This document shows, piece after piece, positions 20,603 to 32,186 of a stretch of 64,000 nt of DNA. Each line of letters starts with the position of its first letter. Within the stretch, counting starts at the first letter, position 1. Under the pieces are notes generated by a model. The model did not search any database, had not been told where the DNA came from, and saw nothing but the letters and a program-made list of their open reading frames with translations. The stretch comes from Nitrospirota bacterium. Lineage in GTDB: Bacteria > Nitrospirota > UBA9217. The translations under genes and the position numbers were made by a program. Where the stretch lies: positions 1,408,001 through 1,472,000 of the forward strand of contig CAWFSF010000006.1 of NCBI GenBank assembly GCA_963818475.1, in the 5' to 3' direction.

Positions 20603-21259
20603 TTAAACCTGTCCAGTGCCAGCGACCGACAGCTCCTTCGAGTTCCTGAACGCGACTGCGATCTGGTCCGCGGTCAGACCGGCCCCCCTGAGCACGGTCT
20701 CCGCGAACTCGCTGGTGATCAGGTCGCCCGGTTCATGGGTATCCGTGTCGATCACGAGTTTCGCACCCGCTTCAACGGCCATCTTCGCCACATATCCATT
20801 GGAAAGGCTGTGGCCCTTGCGCGATGATATCTCGAGATGAACGCCTTTCCGCGCAGCAAGTTCAGCCTCCTCCCTGGTGATCAGGCCGGGATGGGCGAGA
20901 ATATCCACCCCGGCTTCGATGGCAGCACGGTTCGTGCCCGGATGGACCGGCTCCACCAGCGTTTCTCCATGGGCGACCACGATCGCGGCGCCCAGGGAGC
21001 GCGCCTTCTGCGTCAGTTCGGCAAAGGTTTCCGGCGGGATGTGCGTCAGTTCGATGCCCGGCAGCGCGATGATCTTCCATCGGCGGTTCAGTTCCTTGCA
21101 CGCTGCGGCCACCCGCGGGATCGTAAAGTCAAGGTTCGAGGAATCGGCGTGGTCGGTGATGGCGATCACTTCGTAACCCTTCATGACCGCCCGGCGCACG
21201 AGCTCCGACGGCACCAGCACGCCGTCGCTGAACAGAGAATGAGTATGAAGATCGATCAT
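20603..21259 (-). CDS. PHP-domain protein (putative histidinol-phosphatase-like)
   Basis: IDLHTHSLFSDG, ITDH, GIELTH, HGET, LAHPG, DTDTH. Confidence 0.88.
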   Translation of the reverse strand: MIDLHTHSLFSDGVLVPSELVRRAVMKGYEVIAITDHADSSNLDFTIPRVAAACKELNRRWKIIALPGIELTHIPPETFAELTQKARSLGAAIVVAHGETLVEPVHPGTNRAAIEAGVDILAHPGLITREEAELAARKGVHLEISSRKGHSLSNGYVAKMAVEAGAKLVIDTDTHEPGDLITSEFAETVLRGAGLTADQIAVAFRNSKELSVAGTGQV

Positions 21260-21360
21260 GGCAGCTCCTTAAGTAGTTGCATCGCAGAACGCGCGGAGCG
21301 TTCGGCGTTTAAAGCATCCCCTCCTGATCATGGATCCCGTTTTCAGGGAAGGCAGACACT

Positions 21361-22308
21361 TCACCGCAGACGCCGCTTGCCCTGGAACGCCTCTTGCCGC
21401 GCCATATACGCGTCAAGGTCGTTCAGCAGTTCACTGCGGGTCTTGTTCCAGACCGGAGCAATGAGGATCTCATCGGGAGCAGCGGCAAAAAGCCGCTGCA
21501 GCACGATCTCCGGGGACAACCGCTCCAGAAAGTCGGACAGCATTTCGATGTATTCATGATAGCCGAAGGTCGGAAAAGGCCGTTCTGCATAGAGATCGGC
21601 AAGCGCCGTTTCCCTGACCACCTGGAGTTGATGGATCTTGAGGAATTCGATGGGAAGCTGTGAAAGTTCATCGGCCATACCGAGCATCTCTTCCCGCGTT
21701 TCGGTCGGGAAGCCGAGGATAAGGTGCGCCCCGATGTGAATGCCCCTGCCGGCGGTCAGTTCCAGTGCATGTTTGAAACAGGCGTAGTCATGCCCCCGAT
21801 TGATGAATGCCAGCGACTTGTCGTAGATCGACTGAAGTCCGTATTCGACCAGGATAAAATGATCACGGCCCAGCCGTTCCAAAAGCGCGATCTTTTCCTC
21901 GTCAACACAGTCCGGGCGGGTCCCGATGGCAAGCCCCACGACACCCGGGTTATCGAGTGCCTGGCGATAGAGCCGTTCGAGGATATCAACGGAAGCATAG
22001 GTGTTCGTGTAGGGTTGGAAATAAACGATGAACTGTTCTGCCCCATAGCGGGAGCGGAGGTAGGGTATGCCGTTCGCGATCTGTTCCTTGAGCGATGCAG
22101 TGCTCGTGCAGGCCGACGGCCTGAAGCTGTCGTTATTGCAGTAAATACAGCCGCCCGTGGCAACGCTGCCGTCCCGGTTGGGGCAGGTAAATCCCGCGTC
22201 CACGTTCACCTTGTAGACCGGCCGGTGGTACAACTCCTTCATATACTGCCCGAAGGCGTTGTAACGCCTGGTCGTTGTCTTTTTATCGGATAGAGCTGCT
22301 GCCTTCAT
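21361..22308 (-). CDS. TIGR01212/YhcC family radical SAM protein
   Basis: GFTCPNRDG...GGCIYC, YFQPYTNTY, IGTRPDC, EYGLQS, INRGH. Confidence 0.9.
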   Translation of the reverse strand: MKAAALSDKKTTTRRYNAFGQYMKELYHRPVYKVNVDAGFTCPNRDGSVATGGCIYCNNDSFRPSACTSTASLKEQIANGIPYLRSRYGAEQFIVYFQPYTNTYASVDILERLYRQALDNPGVVGLAIGTRPDCVDEEKIALLERLGRDHFILVEYGLQSIYDKSLAFINRGHDYACFKHALELTAGRGIHIGAHLILGFPTETREEMLGMADELSQLPIEFLKIHQLQVVRETALADLYAERPFPTFGYHEYIEMLSDFLERLSPEIVLQRLFAAAPDEILIAPVWNKTRSELLNDLDAYMARQEAFQGKRRLR

Positions 22309-22445
22309 GGCTATGACCTGTTGCCGAGGATCCCTGGAGTATGGACAATAATTGGATTTGTTAATATACCAGAGGCAATGGAGAAAAATCCAGAAAGGAA
22401 TTTATCCGGGGCCCCGCTCAGGCGGCCCCGGACGGGTGATCGCAT

Positions 22446-22779
22446 TTACAGGTCAGCGTACTTCCGGGTGGATTCCACGACGATCAGGAGCGCCCCGAGC
22501 AACAGGACGACCAGAAAGATCTGCTGGGTCCGGCCCGCGTTCGTGCTGGTCAGTTGGGTGACGGCACCAATGGCCAGCGTCGCTGCAAGGACGAGCTCAG
22601 CGATCACCAGCTTTTTGGGCTGTACCGCCGGGAGCTCAAAGGTCTGGACCGCCAGAAGGACCAGTCCGATACAAAAAGAACGCCATGTCCCCCTTTATTG
22701 CCGTAGCGCCGACAAGAACGAGCAGGACCCCGAGATTGATGAGAATGTTCTTTAACATATCGCTTTTCTTTTCCGTCAT
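22446..22779 (-). CDS. Small multi-pass membrane protein of about 110 aa (one frameshift; absent from ORF track)
   Basis: ATG after GGGGGA; MTEKKSDMLKNILINLGVLLVLVG...QIFLVVLLLGALLIVVESTRKYADL*. Confidence 0.6.
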
Positions 22780-22881
22780 GGTTCCCCCTTTACCCTTTCA
22801 TATGATCAAGCTGGTGAAAAACTGGATCATTATATCGACGCCTCGTACAATCGTCAATCCTTTTTTATTCCCCCATGCATA

Positions 22882-23283
22882 TTAACGATCCACGACAATC
22901 CGGCCCACAGCATCAAAGAACCCCGATGCATCGGCCAGCAGTGCCTCCACCTCGTGCCGGGAGATCATGTTGAGCTGGGGAACCGAACATTTTGGTTTAA
23001 GCTCGAATAATCTACGAAGGGCATGGAAAAAGCGCTGATCGATCTCTCCGGTATTGACGAACTCCTTTTCGAACAACGCGACCGATACACTCTGCATAGC
23101 TGCAGGAATTCCCCTGGTATGGAGAAGCGCAAGCGCAGGATAATACATCGCATAATACAGGCTGTTCACGACATATTTCAGCTCCGCATTGTCAGCCAGC
23201 AGGCCCCGCGCATCTTCGAGCGCTTCATTGGCCTGCGCCAGCTTGAGCCGGGCATATTCCCTGTGCGCCTTGTTTACTTCCAT
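22882..23283 (-). CDS. Stand-alone HEPN-domain protein
   Basis: AxEALEDAR.LL, NSLYYAMYY..LALL, FEKEFVNTG, EA..F helical pattern. Confidence 0.75.
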   Translation of the reverse strand: MEVNKAHREYARLKLAQANEALEDARGLLADNAELKYVVNSLYYAMYYPALALLHTRGIPAAMQSVSVALFEKEFVNTGEIDQRFFHALRRLFELKPKCSVPQLNMISRHEVEALLADASGFFDAVGRIVVDR

Positions 23284-23313
23284 CTGCGCCTGCTCCCGAT
23301 CGCCGCTTATAGC

Positions 23314-23769
23314 CTATCTCGTCCAGACCGCTGTTCTGCCGATCAGCGAGATGCCGATGAAGCCCCGCAGGTTCAGCTGCGCGGGCGAAACGAGCGTCAG
23401 CTTGCCTCTGTAGGTCCTGCCGTTCTTCGGATCGTAGACACGGCCGCCGGACCATGTATTTTCACCGGCATAAGAAAAATCGCGCACGATCTGAAGGCCG
23501 ACGACCGGCGAGCTCCGGAGGTTCCTGTCAGGGTTATTATGGTCGACCTTCGGCGTTCCCGGAACACCCTCGTTCGACCCCTCAGGATAGTTCGGCGCCT
23601 TGAGCCAGACGATCTTGCCGCAGTAGTTATCGCCGCATTTTTGGATCTCGATCTTGGCGTCCTTCTCCTGATTGTTCCAGACGCCAAGGATATCGTCTGC
23701 GCCAGCAGCATACGCAGCGGCCGCGATCATTTGCAACAGCATGATTACCAGCAGAATGGTTTTTTTCAC
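23314..23769 (-). CDS. DUF2147 family secreted protein
   Basis: ILGVW, GKIVW, D.NNPD..LR, WSGGRVYDPKNGRTY, LRGFIGISLIGRT..WTR. Confidence 0.9.
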   Translation of the reverse strand: MKKTILLVIMLLQMIAAAAYAAGADDILGVWNNQEKDAKIEIQKCGDNYCGKIVWLKAPNYPEGSNEGVPGTPKVDHNNPDRNLRSSPVVGLQIVRDFSYAGENTWSGGRVYDPKNGRTYRGKLTLVSPAQLNLRGFIGISLIGRTAVWTR

Positions 23770-23776
23770 AAGCCCC

Positions 23777-24617
23777 TCACTGTATCAGCGATCTCACGAC
23801 CTTCATATTCTTCGGGTCGTCCTCTTCCGTTTTTTTCGGTGTCTCCATGATTTTAGGCACATTCTTAAAAGCCGGATGGTTGAGCAGCAGTTTGAAACCG
23901 TCAAGGCCGATTTTGCCTTCGCCTATATGCCAGTGCCGGTCTACATGCGAGTTCAACTCCTTCAGGCAGTCATTGAGATGCATCCCCTTTAACTGCGCCA
24001 GGCCGACCGTGGAAGCTATCTTGTCGGCAAGACTGTTCACGCCCTCTTTTGTGCGGATATCGTAGCCTGCGGCAAAACCGTGGCAGGTGTCGTAGCAAAG
24101 CCCGATATGATCCGTATTGGAAAGCCGCGATATGACCTCCTGCACCTGCTCCAGCGTGTAGCCCACATCGCCCTTTTCCCCTGCCGTATTCTCCAGCAGA
24201 ATGGTCGCTTTCGGCTTATGGAGCTTCATTGCCATGTTCAGCGCACTCGCCACGCGCTCGATCATCCAATCCTCGCTCTGACCGCTTGCAGATCCCAGAT
24301 GCGTGACCAGATATTCAGCGCCCAGGGTCTCGGTCCGTTCAAGGTCGATGACGAACTGCTCGATCGACTTCTCATACAGATCCGGCTTTGACGAAGCGAG
24401 GTTGATGAGGTAGTTCGTATGCACGAACACCGGCGCGATGTCCAGGTTTTCGCGCAGCTTTTTGAATTCGGCCACGTCGGCTTTATCGAGCGGCTTGACG
24501 GTCCAGCCGCGCGGGATTCCTGCTGAAGATCTGCATGCAGGTGCAGCCCAGCTCGGAAGCGCGTTCGACCGAACTGGCAAAACCGCCGCTGATGGAGACA
24601 TGAAAGCCTATTCGCAT
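23777..24617 (-). CDS. nfo: Endonuclease IV (frameshifts near the 5' end)
   Basis: MRIGFHVSISGG, HTNYLINLAS, LENTAG, DTCH, HLND, DRH, METP. Confidence 0.92.
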
Positions 24618-24645
24618 ATGCTCATCCCGCCGATTAAATACCAGT

Positions 24646-26745
<2,100 letters not shown>

Positions 26746-26787
26746 TTACGTGCTGCTGTTATAACACAAAAGGGAAGGCGGTATTTT

Positions 26788-27978
26788 CTATCTTCCCCCG
26801 GCTTCGATGAGCGACTCATTTACCACGGCCATCGCATCCTGGTTGCGTTGAGTTATTGTTCGCTTATAATAAAATTTTCCTTCTTTTTGCGCCGTTTCGT
26901 TCTGCTTAACTTCTTTCATCAAAACCAATTTTCCGCCCGCGACGCGGTAAAAACTCTCCACATAGAGCTGACCCGCATCTCCGTAATCGTTGAAGACACG
27001 AATTTCCTGGACATCCGGCCCACTGACCGAATCAGGCAGCATCGCTCCGGCGAATGGAATGAACATGGATTTTTTCCTGTTGTAAATATAATAAAGGTAG
27101 CCTGCCCGGGTCCCATCGTCGCGCATGCACAACAGTTTAAGGTCCTTGTTCCAGTGCGCATTAAAATCTGCAGCAATCAGCAATCCTACTCCGCCAGGTG
27201 ATGGTCCGCATTCAAAATCTCCGTATTTGAATGTCTGATGAATCTTGTTTTCGCCTTCCCGTACTATATCTATGCGCGAAAGGTTTTGTTCTCTGTTGAA
27301 CGTTATATAAAAAGAGTAGTTTTGCTGTTCATCATCCATTGAGTAGCTGTAAACATATTTCCTTTGAAATGCGGCCGTCGTTTCCACATTCGATACAAGG
27401 CCATTTTTATAACGAGCCAATCCCTCCATGCGATTCCTGATCATATTGGCATGTTTATACCCCGGATTCAGCTTCAACGACAGATCATAGTTCCCGATAG
27501 CGCAGTCCGGCAGGCCCTCATCGTAACAGAGGTCCCCCAGGATCAAATAGGTGTCCCATCTGTCAGGGTTGATATCGACCACCCGATTCAAACAGGCCTC
27601 GGCCAAGAGATAATATTTGCTGCCCATCTTGAAATAAGCCTGCCCGAGGTTGAGCAGCACGTCAACATGCGCAGGACAGGCCAAGCCGGCAGTGAGCGCA
27701 AGACCATCGGCTTTTTTCCACAACGCAACGGCCTCCTGTCGCTTCGTCTTGACAAACATCTGAAGCGCCTCATTATTTAAACGTTCGATTTCCCGGACCG
27801 TTTGTTCGCCGGATGGAGGCGGGTCTTTGGCCACAGCGACGAGAGGGAACACAAAGGGAGTAAGACTGATAAACAAAGCGGTGAGCAGGAAGCAGTTCCC
27901 CCTGAATGACCGGCATGTTACTTTAGCATGAGAAACGGTGCGAAACGTGTATGCCACGACAGTGAACCTCCCTACCAT
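26788..27978 (-). CDS. Secreted TPR protein with C-terminal beta-rich domain; more AT-rich than its neighbours
   Basis: Signal-like N-terminus, TPRs (LNLGQAYFKMG, LILGDLCYDEG), ADFNAHWNKDL motif. Confidence 0.65.
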   Translation of the reverse strand: MVGRFTVVAYTFRTVSHAKVTCRSFRGNCFLLTALFISLTPFVFPLVAVAKDPPPSGEQTVREIERLNNEALQMFVKTKRQEAVALWKKADGLALTAGLACPAHVDVLLNLGQAYFKMGSKYYLLAEACLNRVVDINPDRWDTYLILGDLCYDEGLPDCAIGNYDLSLKLNPGYKHANMIRNRMEGLARYKNGLVSNVETTAAFQRKYVYSYSMDDEQQNYSFYITFNREQNLSRIDIVREGENKIHQTFKYGDFECGPSPGGVGLLIAADFNAHWNKDLKLLCMRDDGTRAGYLYYIYNRKKSMFIPFAGAMLPDSVSGPDVQEIRVFNDYGDAGQLYVESFYRVAGGKLVLMKEVKQNETAQKEGKFYYKRTITQRNQDAMAVVNESLIEAGGR

Positions 27979-27999
27979 GCACTCTTTTGATCCCGGCTT

Positions 28000-29385
28000 C
28001 TATTCAACGATCTTTTCCTCAAGCTGATAATCCTTTATCTTCGTAAGAAGCGTCTTATAGCTTACCTGAAGAATCTCGGCGGCGCGGGTCTTGTTCCCGC
28101 CCGTCTGCTTGAGCACCTGCCTGATGCGGCGGGATTCAACAATGCGCGTTGCAGCCTGGGCGATCTCGTGAAGCGGGCCTTCCAGTGGCACATGTTCTGC
28201 AAAGGCCTCCAGGATGCTCGACTCACTGATGCCGAGGTCTTGGGCACGGATCACGCCGCCTTCGGCATAGATGACGGCCCGTTCGATCACGTTCTCCAGT
28301 TCACGCACGTTCCCTCTCCAGGGCGCCTTCATCAGGATATCCATGGCCTCGTCGGAGATGGTCAGCGGGCCTTTGCGCACTTCGGCGGAATACTTGTTCA
28401 GGAAACTCGCCGCCAGCGCAGGAATATCGTCTCGCCGTTCGCGAAGCGGCGGGATCGTGAGGGGGAAGACGTTCAAGCGGTAAAACAGGTCTTCACGGAA
28501 GAGCCGGGCATCGACGGCCTTTTGCAGGTTCTTGTTCGTGGCGGCAACGATCCGCACATCGATCTTGATCTGCTTGCCGCTGCCGCCGATCCGCTCGATG
28601 ACCTGTTCCTGAAGCACCCGCAGCAGCTTTGCCTGAAGCGCCAGGTCCATGTCCCCGATCTCGTCGAGGAAAACGGTGCCGTTATCCGCCAGTTCGAGTT
28701 TGCCGAGCTTTCTCGCGTCAGCGCCGGTGAAGGCGCCGCGCTCATACCCGAACAGTTCGCTTTCGAGCAATTCATGGGGGATGGCGGCTGAGTTGATAGC
28801 CAGGAAGGGCCGATCCTTCCGCAGGCTCAGGTAGTGAATGGCCCGGGCGAAAAGCTCTTTTCCCGTACCGCTCTCGCCCTGAATCAGGACCGTGGCATTC
28901 GTGGACGCCACTTTCTGGATTTTTTCGCTGATCTCCTGCAGCTGACTGCTTTTGCCTATGATCTTCGGAAAGCCGAGCTTGTCGGAGAGTTCTGACCGGA
29001 GCAGGATGTTCTCCGTTGCCACGCGGGTCGTATCGAGCGCACGTTTGATAAGCACCAGCAAATGGTCGATGTCAAAGGGCTTGGTCAGGAAATCGTACGC
29101 GCCCTGCTTCACGGCCCTGACCGCAGTCTCGATCGTGCCGAAAGCGGTCATGACGATGACCGGCAGAAGCGGGCTGTCTTCCTTTACGGCCTTGAGCACC
29201 TCGAACCCGTCTTTTTTAGGCAATTTCAGGTCCGTCAGCACCAGCATGATGCTCTCGTCGGCGAGTTTTTTTATGCCCTCGGCGCCGTCTCTGGCAGGGA
29301 CAACCCGGTAGCCTTCGGCCTCGAGGGTCTGCGTAAGCATGGCGAGCATGCTTTCCTTGTCTTCTATGACGAGAATCGTGTCCAT
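28000..29385 (-). CDS. sigma54-dependent response regulator (PilR-like context)
   Basis: Receiver, GESGTGKE, GAFTGA, HTH; downstream of a kinase and pilD. Confidence 0.92.
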   Translation of the reverse strand: MDTILVIEDKESMLAMLTQTLEAEGYRVVPARDGAEGIKKLADESIMLVLTDLKLPKKDGFEVLKAVKEDSPLLPVIVMTAFGTIETAVRAVKQGAYDFLTKPFDIDHLLVLIKRALDTTRVATENILLRSELSDKLGFPKIIGKSSQLQEISEKIQKVASTNATVLIQGESGTGKELFARAIHYLSLRKDRPFLAINSAAIPHELLESELFGYERGAFTGADARKLGKLELADNGTVFLDEIGDMDLALQAKLLRVLQEQVIERIGGSGKQIKIDVRIVAATNKNLQKAVDARLFREDLFYRLNVFPLTIPPLRERRDDIPALAASFLNKYSAEVRKGPLTISDEAMDILMKAPWRGNVRELENVIERAVIYAEGGVIRAQDLGISESSILEAFAEHVPLEGPLHEIAQAATRIVESRRIRQVLKQTGGNKTRAAEILQVSYKTLLTKIKDYQLEEKIVE

Positions 29386-29426
29386 ACCGTAATAACTACC
29401 TGACCCGGACAAACCGGAATAAATTT

Positions 29427-29528
29427 GCCACGAAGACACGAAGGCACCAAGAGAGGCATCCGTGTCTTTGAGGTCTGATTAACGCGATACGTTTCAAGAC
29501 GTTCTTTGTGTCTTAGTGCCTTCGTGGC
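29427..29528. repeat. Intergenic palindromic element with 9-bp-period arms
   Basis: GCCACGAAGACACGAAGGCACCAAG ... CTTTGTGTCTTAGTGCCTTCGTGGC. Confidence 0.75.
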
Positions 29529-29571
29529 GATAATTTCCTGCCCTTTTGTGTCGCATTTGATGCGTAACTTA

Positions 29572-30840
29572 CTAATTCCCTGTCATCGGCAGAACCACCG
29601 TAAAGGTCGTCCCCTGCCCTTCGGTGCTCTGCACGTCGATCCTTCCGCCGTGGGACAGGACTATCTTGTGCACCAGGGCCAGGCCGAGACCGACACCCGT
29701 GTCCTTGGTCGTGAAGAACGGGAGAAATATCTTCTTGACTTTCTCCCGGGGAATGCCGGTCCCGGTATCGGTTATCGTGAGGGAAAGCTCCCTGCCGGCG
29801 CCCATGCCCTGGATCGTCAGCGTTCCGCCTTCCGGCATGGCTTCGACGGCATTCTGGACCAGGTTCGTCAGTGCCTGGCGCATCAGTACTTCGTCGAGGG
29901 AAACCTCGAGATCGGGCAGGTCCAGCACCGTTCTGGTCCGGTCATCATTTCCTTTGGCTTGAAGAACGTTCGCGACACAGCCTTCGATCAGTTCCCTGAT
30001 GTTGATCCGCACCCGGTTCAGCGAGGCAGGCCGGGCAAAGGTCAGCAGGTCGTCAATAATGCGGTTCATGCCGTTGATCTCGGCGACCACGTCCCTGATG
30101 ATCTTCTGTTCGGGAGCGGCTGACTTTTTTGAGACCAGTGCAAGATAGCCGGCAATGACGGCCATGGGATTCCGCAGCTCATGTGCTATGCCGGCCGACA
30201 TCTCGCCCAGGGCGGTGAGCCGTTCGCGGAGTTCCACCTGTTCCTGCAGCCGCTTCACCTCGGTGAGATCCGAAAATGACAGAATAACGCCGAGCGAAGA
30301 ACCATGCCGGTCGGTTAAGAGCGCGGTGTTGTACCCAAGCCACATGCGGCCCTCAGGACGCTCCAGCGTTGCTTCCATTCTCAACAGGGTCGTGGCCCGC
30401 CCGAGGGTCTCCCCTACCGAACGGCAGATGTCGCCGGCGCCGAAAATGTCGCTGCAGGGCCGGTTAACCGCCTGTTCATGGCTTATGCCGAGCATCTCTT
30501 TCGCTGCGTGATTCAGGGTGATGACCCGGTTATTCCGGTCGAAGGTCATGACGCCGCTCGTTACACACTGGAGGATGTTCTCATTGTAGCTCTCGACGTT
30601 CTCGGCTCGTTGTTCGGCGCTGGCACGAAGCCGTTCAAGTTCCTGCTTCTTTTCCTTGAGCTCCTTGGTCACGCCGTGGAAGGCATCGATGATAAATCCG
30701 ACGTCTTCTTTTTTCCGCCGTTCTTGTTTTTTGAGGCCAAGGTCCTGCCGGAAACGGCGGGACAAGATCCAGGCTATCGCCAGGCCGACTGCAACGATGA
30801 CCAGTCCGAGCAGCTGTATGGAAAGTGAATAGGACATCAT
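29572..30840 (-). CDS. PAS-domain sensor histidine kinase
   Basis: AHELRNP, NLVQNA, DTGTG, FFTTK, GVGLGL. Confidence 0.93.
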   Translation of the reverse strand: MMSYSLSIQLLGLVIVAVGLAIAWILSRRFRQDLGLKKQERRKKEDVGFIIDAFHGVTKELKEKKQELERLRASAEQRAENVESYNENILQCVTSGVMTFDRNNRVITLNHAAKEMLGISHEQAVNRPCSDIFGAGDICRSVGETLGRATTLLRMEATLERPEGRMWLGYNTALLTDRHGSSLGVILSFSDLTEVKRLQEQVELRERLTALGEMSAGIAHELRNPMAVIAGYLALVSKKSAAPEQKIIRDVVAEINGMNRIIDDLLTFARPASLNRVRINIRELIEGCVANVLQAKGNDDRTRTVLDLPDLEVSLDEVLMRQALTNLVQNAVEAMPEGGTLTIQGMGAGRELSLTITDTGTGIPREKVKKIFLPFFTTKDTGVGLGLALVHKIVLSHGGRIDVQSTEGQGTTFTVVLPMTGN

Positions 30841-31664
30841 ATGCGGAGCAGGCCCAGGTACCAGGAAATGATATCGGAGCCGTAAAGCATCGTTGCCACC
30901 CCCCCCGCGGCCAGGAACGGTCCGAAGGGTATAACGTGGTCAGCCTCGTGCTTTCGCAGCAGGATGAGCGTCACACCCACGACAGATCCCGCGATCGCGC
31001 CGAGCATGATAATAAGGAGCGCGCTTTTCCAGCCGAGAAAACTTCCGAACATGCCCATGAGCTTCACATCGCCGCCGCCCATCGCTTCAACGTGGCGCAG
31101 CTTTTCCCAGATCCAGCCGAGGATAAGGAGCGGCGCGGCTCCACACACCAGTCCGATGAACGAGTTGATGACGCTCTCGACATACGGCCAGTCCTGGGGC
31201 ATCAAACGGTCCAGAGAGAACGGGAGCGGCCCGGCCAGTGCCGGCATGAAGAACGGCGCGACGACCAGGCCGAGAACCATGCCCGGAAGCGTGATCGCAT
31301 CGGGGATGATCTGGTGGTCGAGATCGATGAACGTGATGACGATCAATGACGAGCAGAGCGCCATGATCAGGATCGCTTCGCCGTTCAGACCGAGCTCCCG
31401 GTAGACCCACCCGTAGGCCAGGGTGTTCAGCAGTTCGACCAGCGGATAGCGCCAGGAGATGGGCAGACCGCAGGTCCTGCATTTTCCCCGAAGCAGGAGA
31501 TAACTGATAACCGGTATGTTGTCGTAGAATTTGATCGGTTTCCTGCAGCGGGGGCACTGGGACGGCGGCGTCGCGATGGACTCACCGTGAGGAAGCCGCA
31601 CGATGCAGACATTGAGGAAACTGCCGATAAGAAGACCAACCAGGAGGACCAGGCCAATGATCAT
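30837..31664 (-). CDS. pilD: Prepilin peptidase / N-methyltransferase
   Basis: GSFLNVCIVRLP, CPRC..CRTC, IDLDH.IIPD, MGGGDVKL, IPFGPFLA. Confidence 0.95.
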   Translation of the reverse strand: MIIGLVLLVGLLIGSFLNVCIVRLPHGESIATPPSQCPRCRKPIKFYDNIPVISYLLLRGKCRTCGLPISWRYPLVELLNTLAYGWVYRELGLNGEAILIMALCSSLIVITFIDLDHQIIPDAITLPGMVLGLVVAPFFMPALAGPLPFSLDRLMPQDWPYVESVINSFIGLVCGAAPLLILGWIWEKLRHVEAMGGGDVKLMGMFGSFLGWKSALLIIMLGAIAGSVVGVTLILLRKHEADHVIPFGPFLAAGGVATMLYGSDIISWYLGLLRI

Positions 31665-32026
31665 GGAGTGGTCTCCCCCGCCTGTTTCGGCGCCGGTCGG
31701 AAGACGGACGCTTCGTTCCTGATTTCATCGGTCAATCGGTCAAGTTCCTTCTCCAGCAAAACGATCTCGGTCAGCGACGCCGCGACCTTCTCGTCCTGCA
31801 GCAGCTGCTCCGTCAGTTTGGGCAATGATCCGGAATTGTTCAATTCCACCAGGGTATGGCCTATGATGCGGTATTGTTCATTGACGCTTTCCTGAACATT
31901 GTCGACCCTGATCCGGAGACGCACGATGTTCAGCTCCGCCCGGACCCGTTCAGATAACGTGGCTGCTGCAGCCATCAATTTGTCCGATCCCTTCTGCATG
32001 TTCGAAACGACTTTTCCCCAGATCAT
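31661..32026 (-). CDS. Hypothetical coiled-coil protein
   Basis: 121-aa helical ORF, RBS GGAG, overlaps pilD start. Confidence 0.65.
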   Translation of the reverse strand: MIWGKVVSNMQKGSDKLMAAAATLSERVRAELNIVRLRIRVDNVQESVNEQYRIIGHTLVELNNSGSLPKLTEQLLQDEKVAASLTEIVLLEKELDRLTDEIRNEASVFRPAPKQAGETTP

Positions 32027-32107
32027 ATGATGGTGACTCCTTTAAAAGGGGCAAGGGGATCAGATTGCCGGAAGTGCAACCACCCTTACGCCTTCCCGTT
32101 TTTTGTC

Positions 32108-32142
32108 CCTGACTCCTGAACCCTGCACTCAGAACCCTGCAC
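32108..32142. repeat. Degenerate 7-bp tandem repeat x5
   Basis: cctgact cctgaac cctgcac tcagaac cctgcac. Confidence 0.65.
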
Positions 32143-32186
32143 CTTGGCTCCTGTTTTTTTTACTCTATCAGAATGCCGTGGAAATA

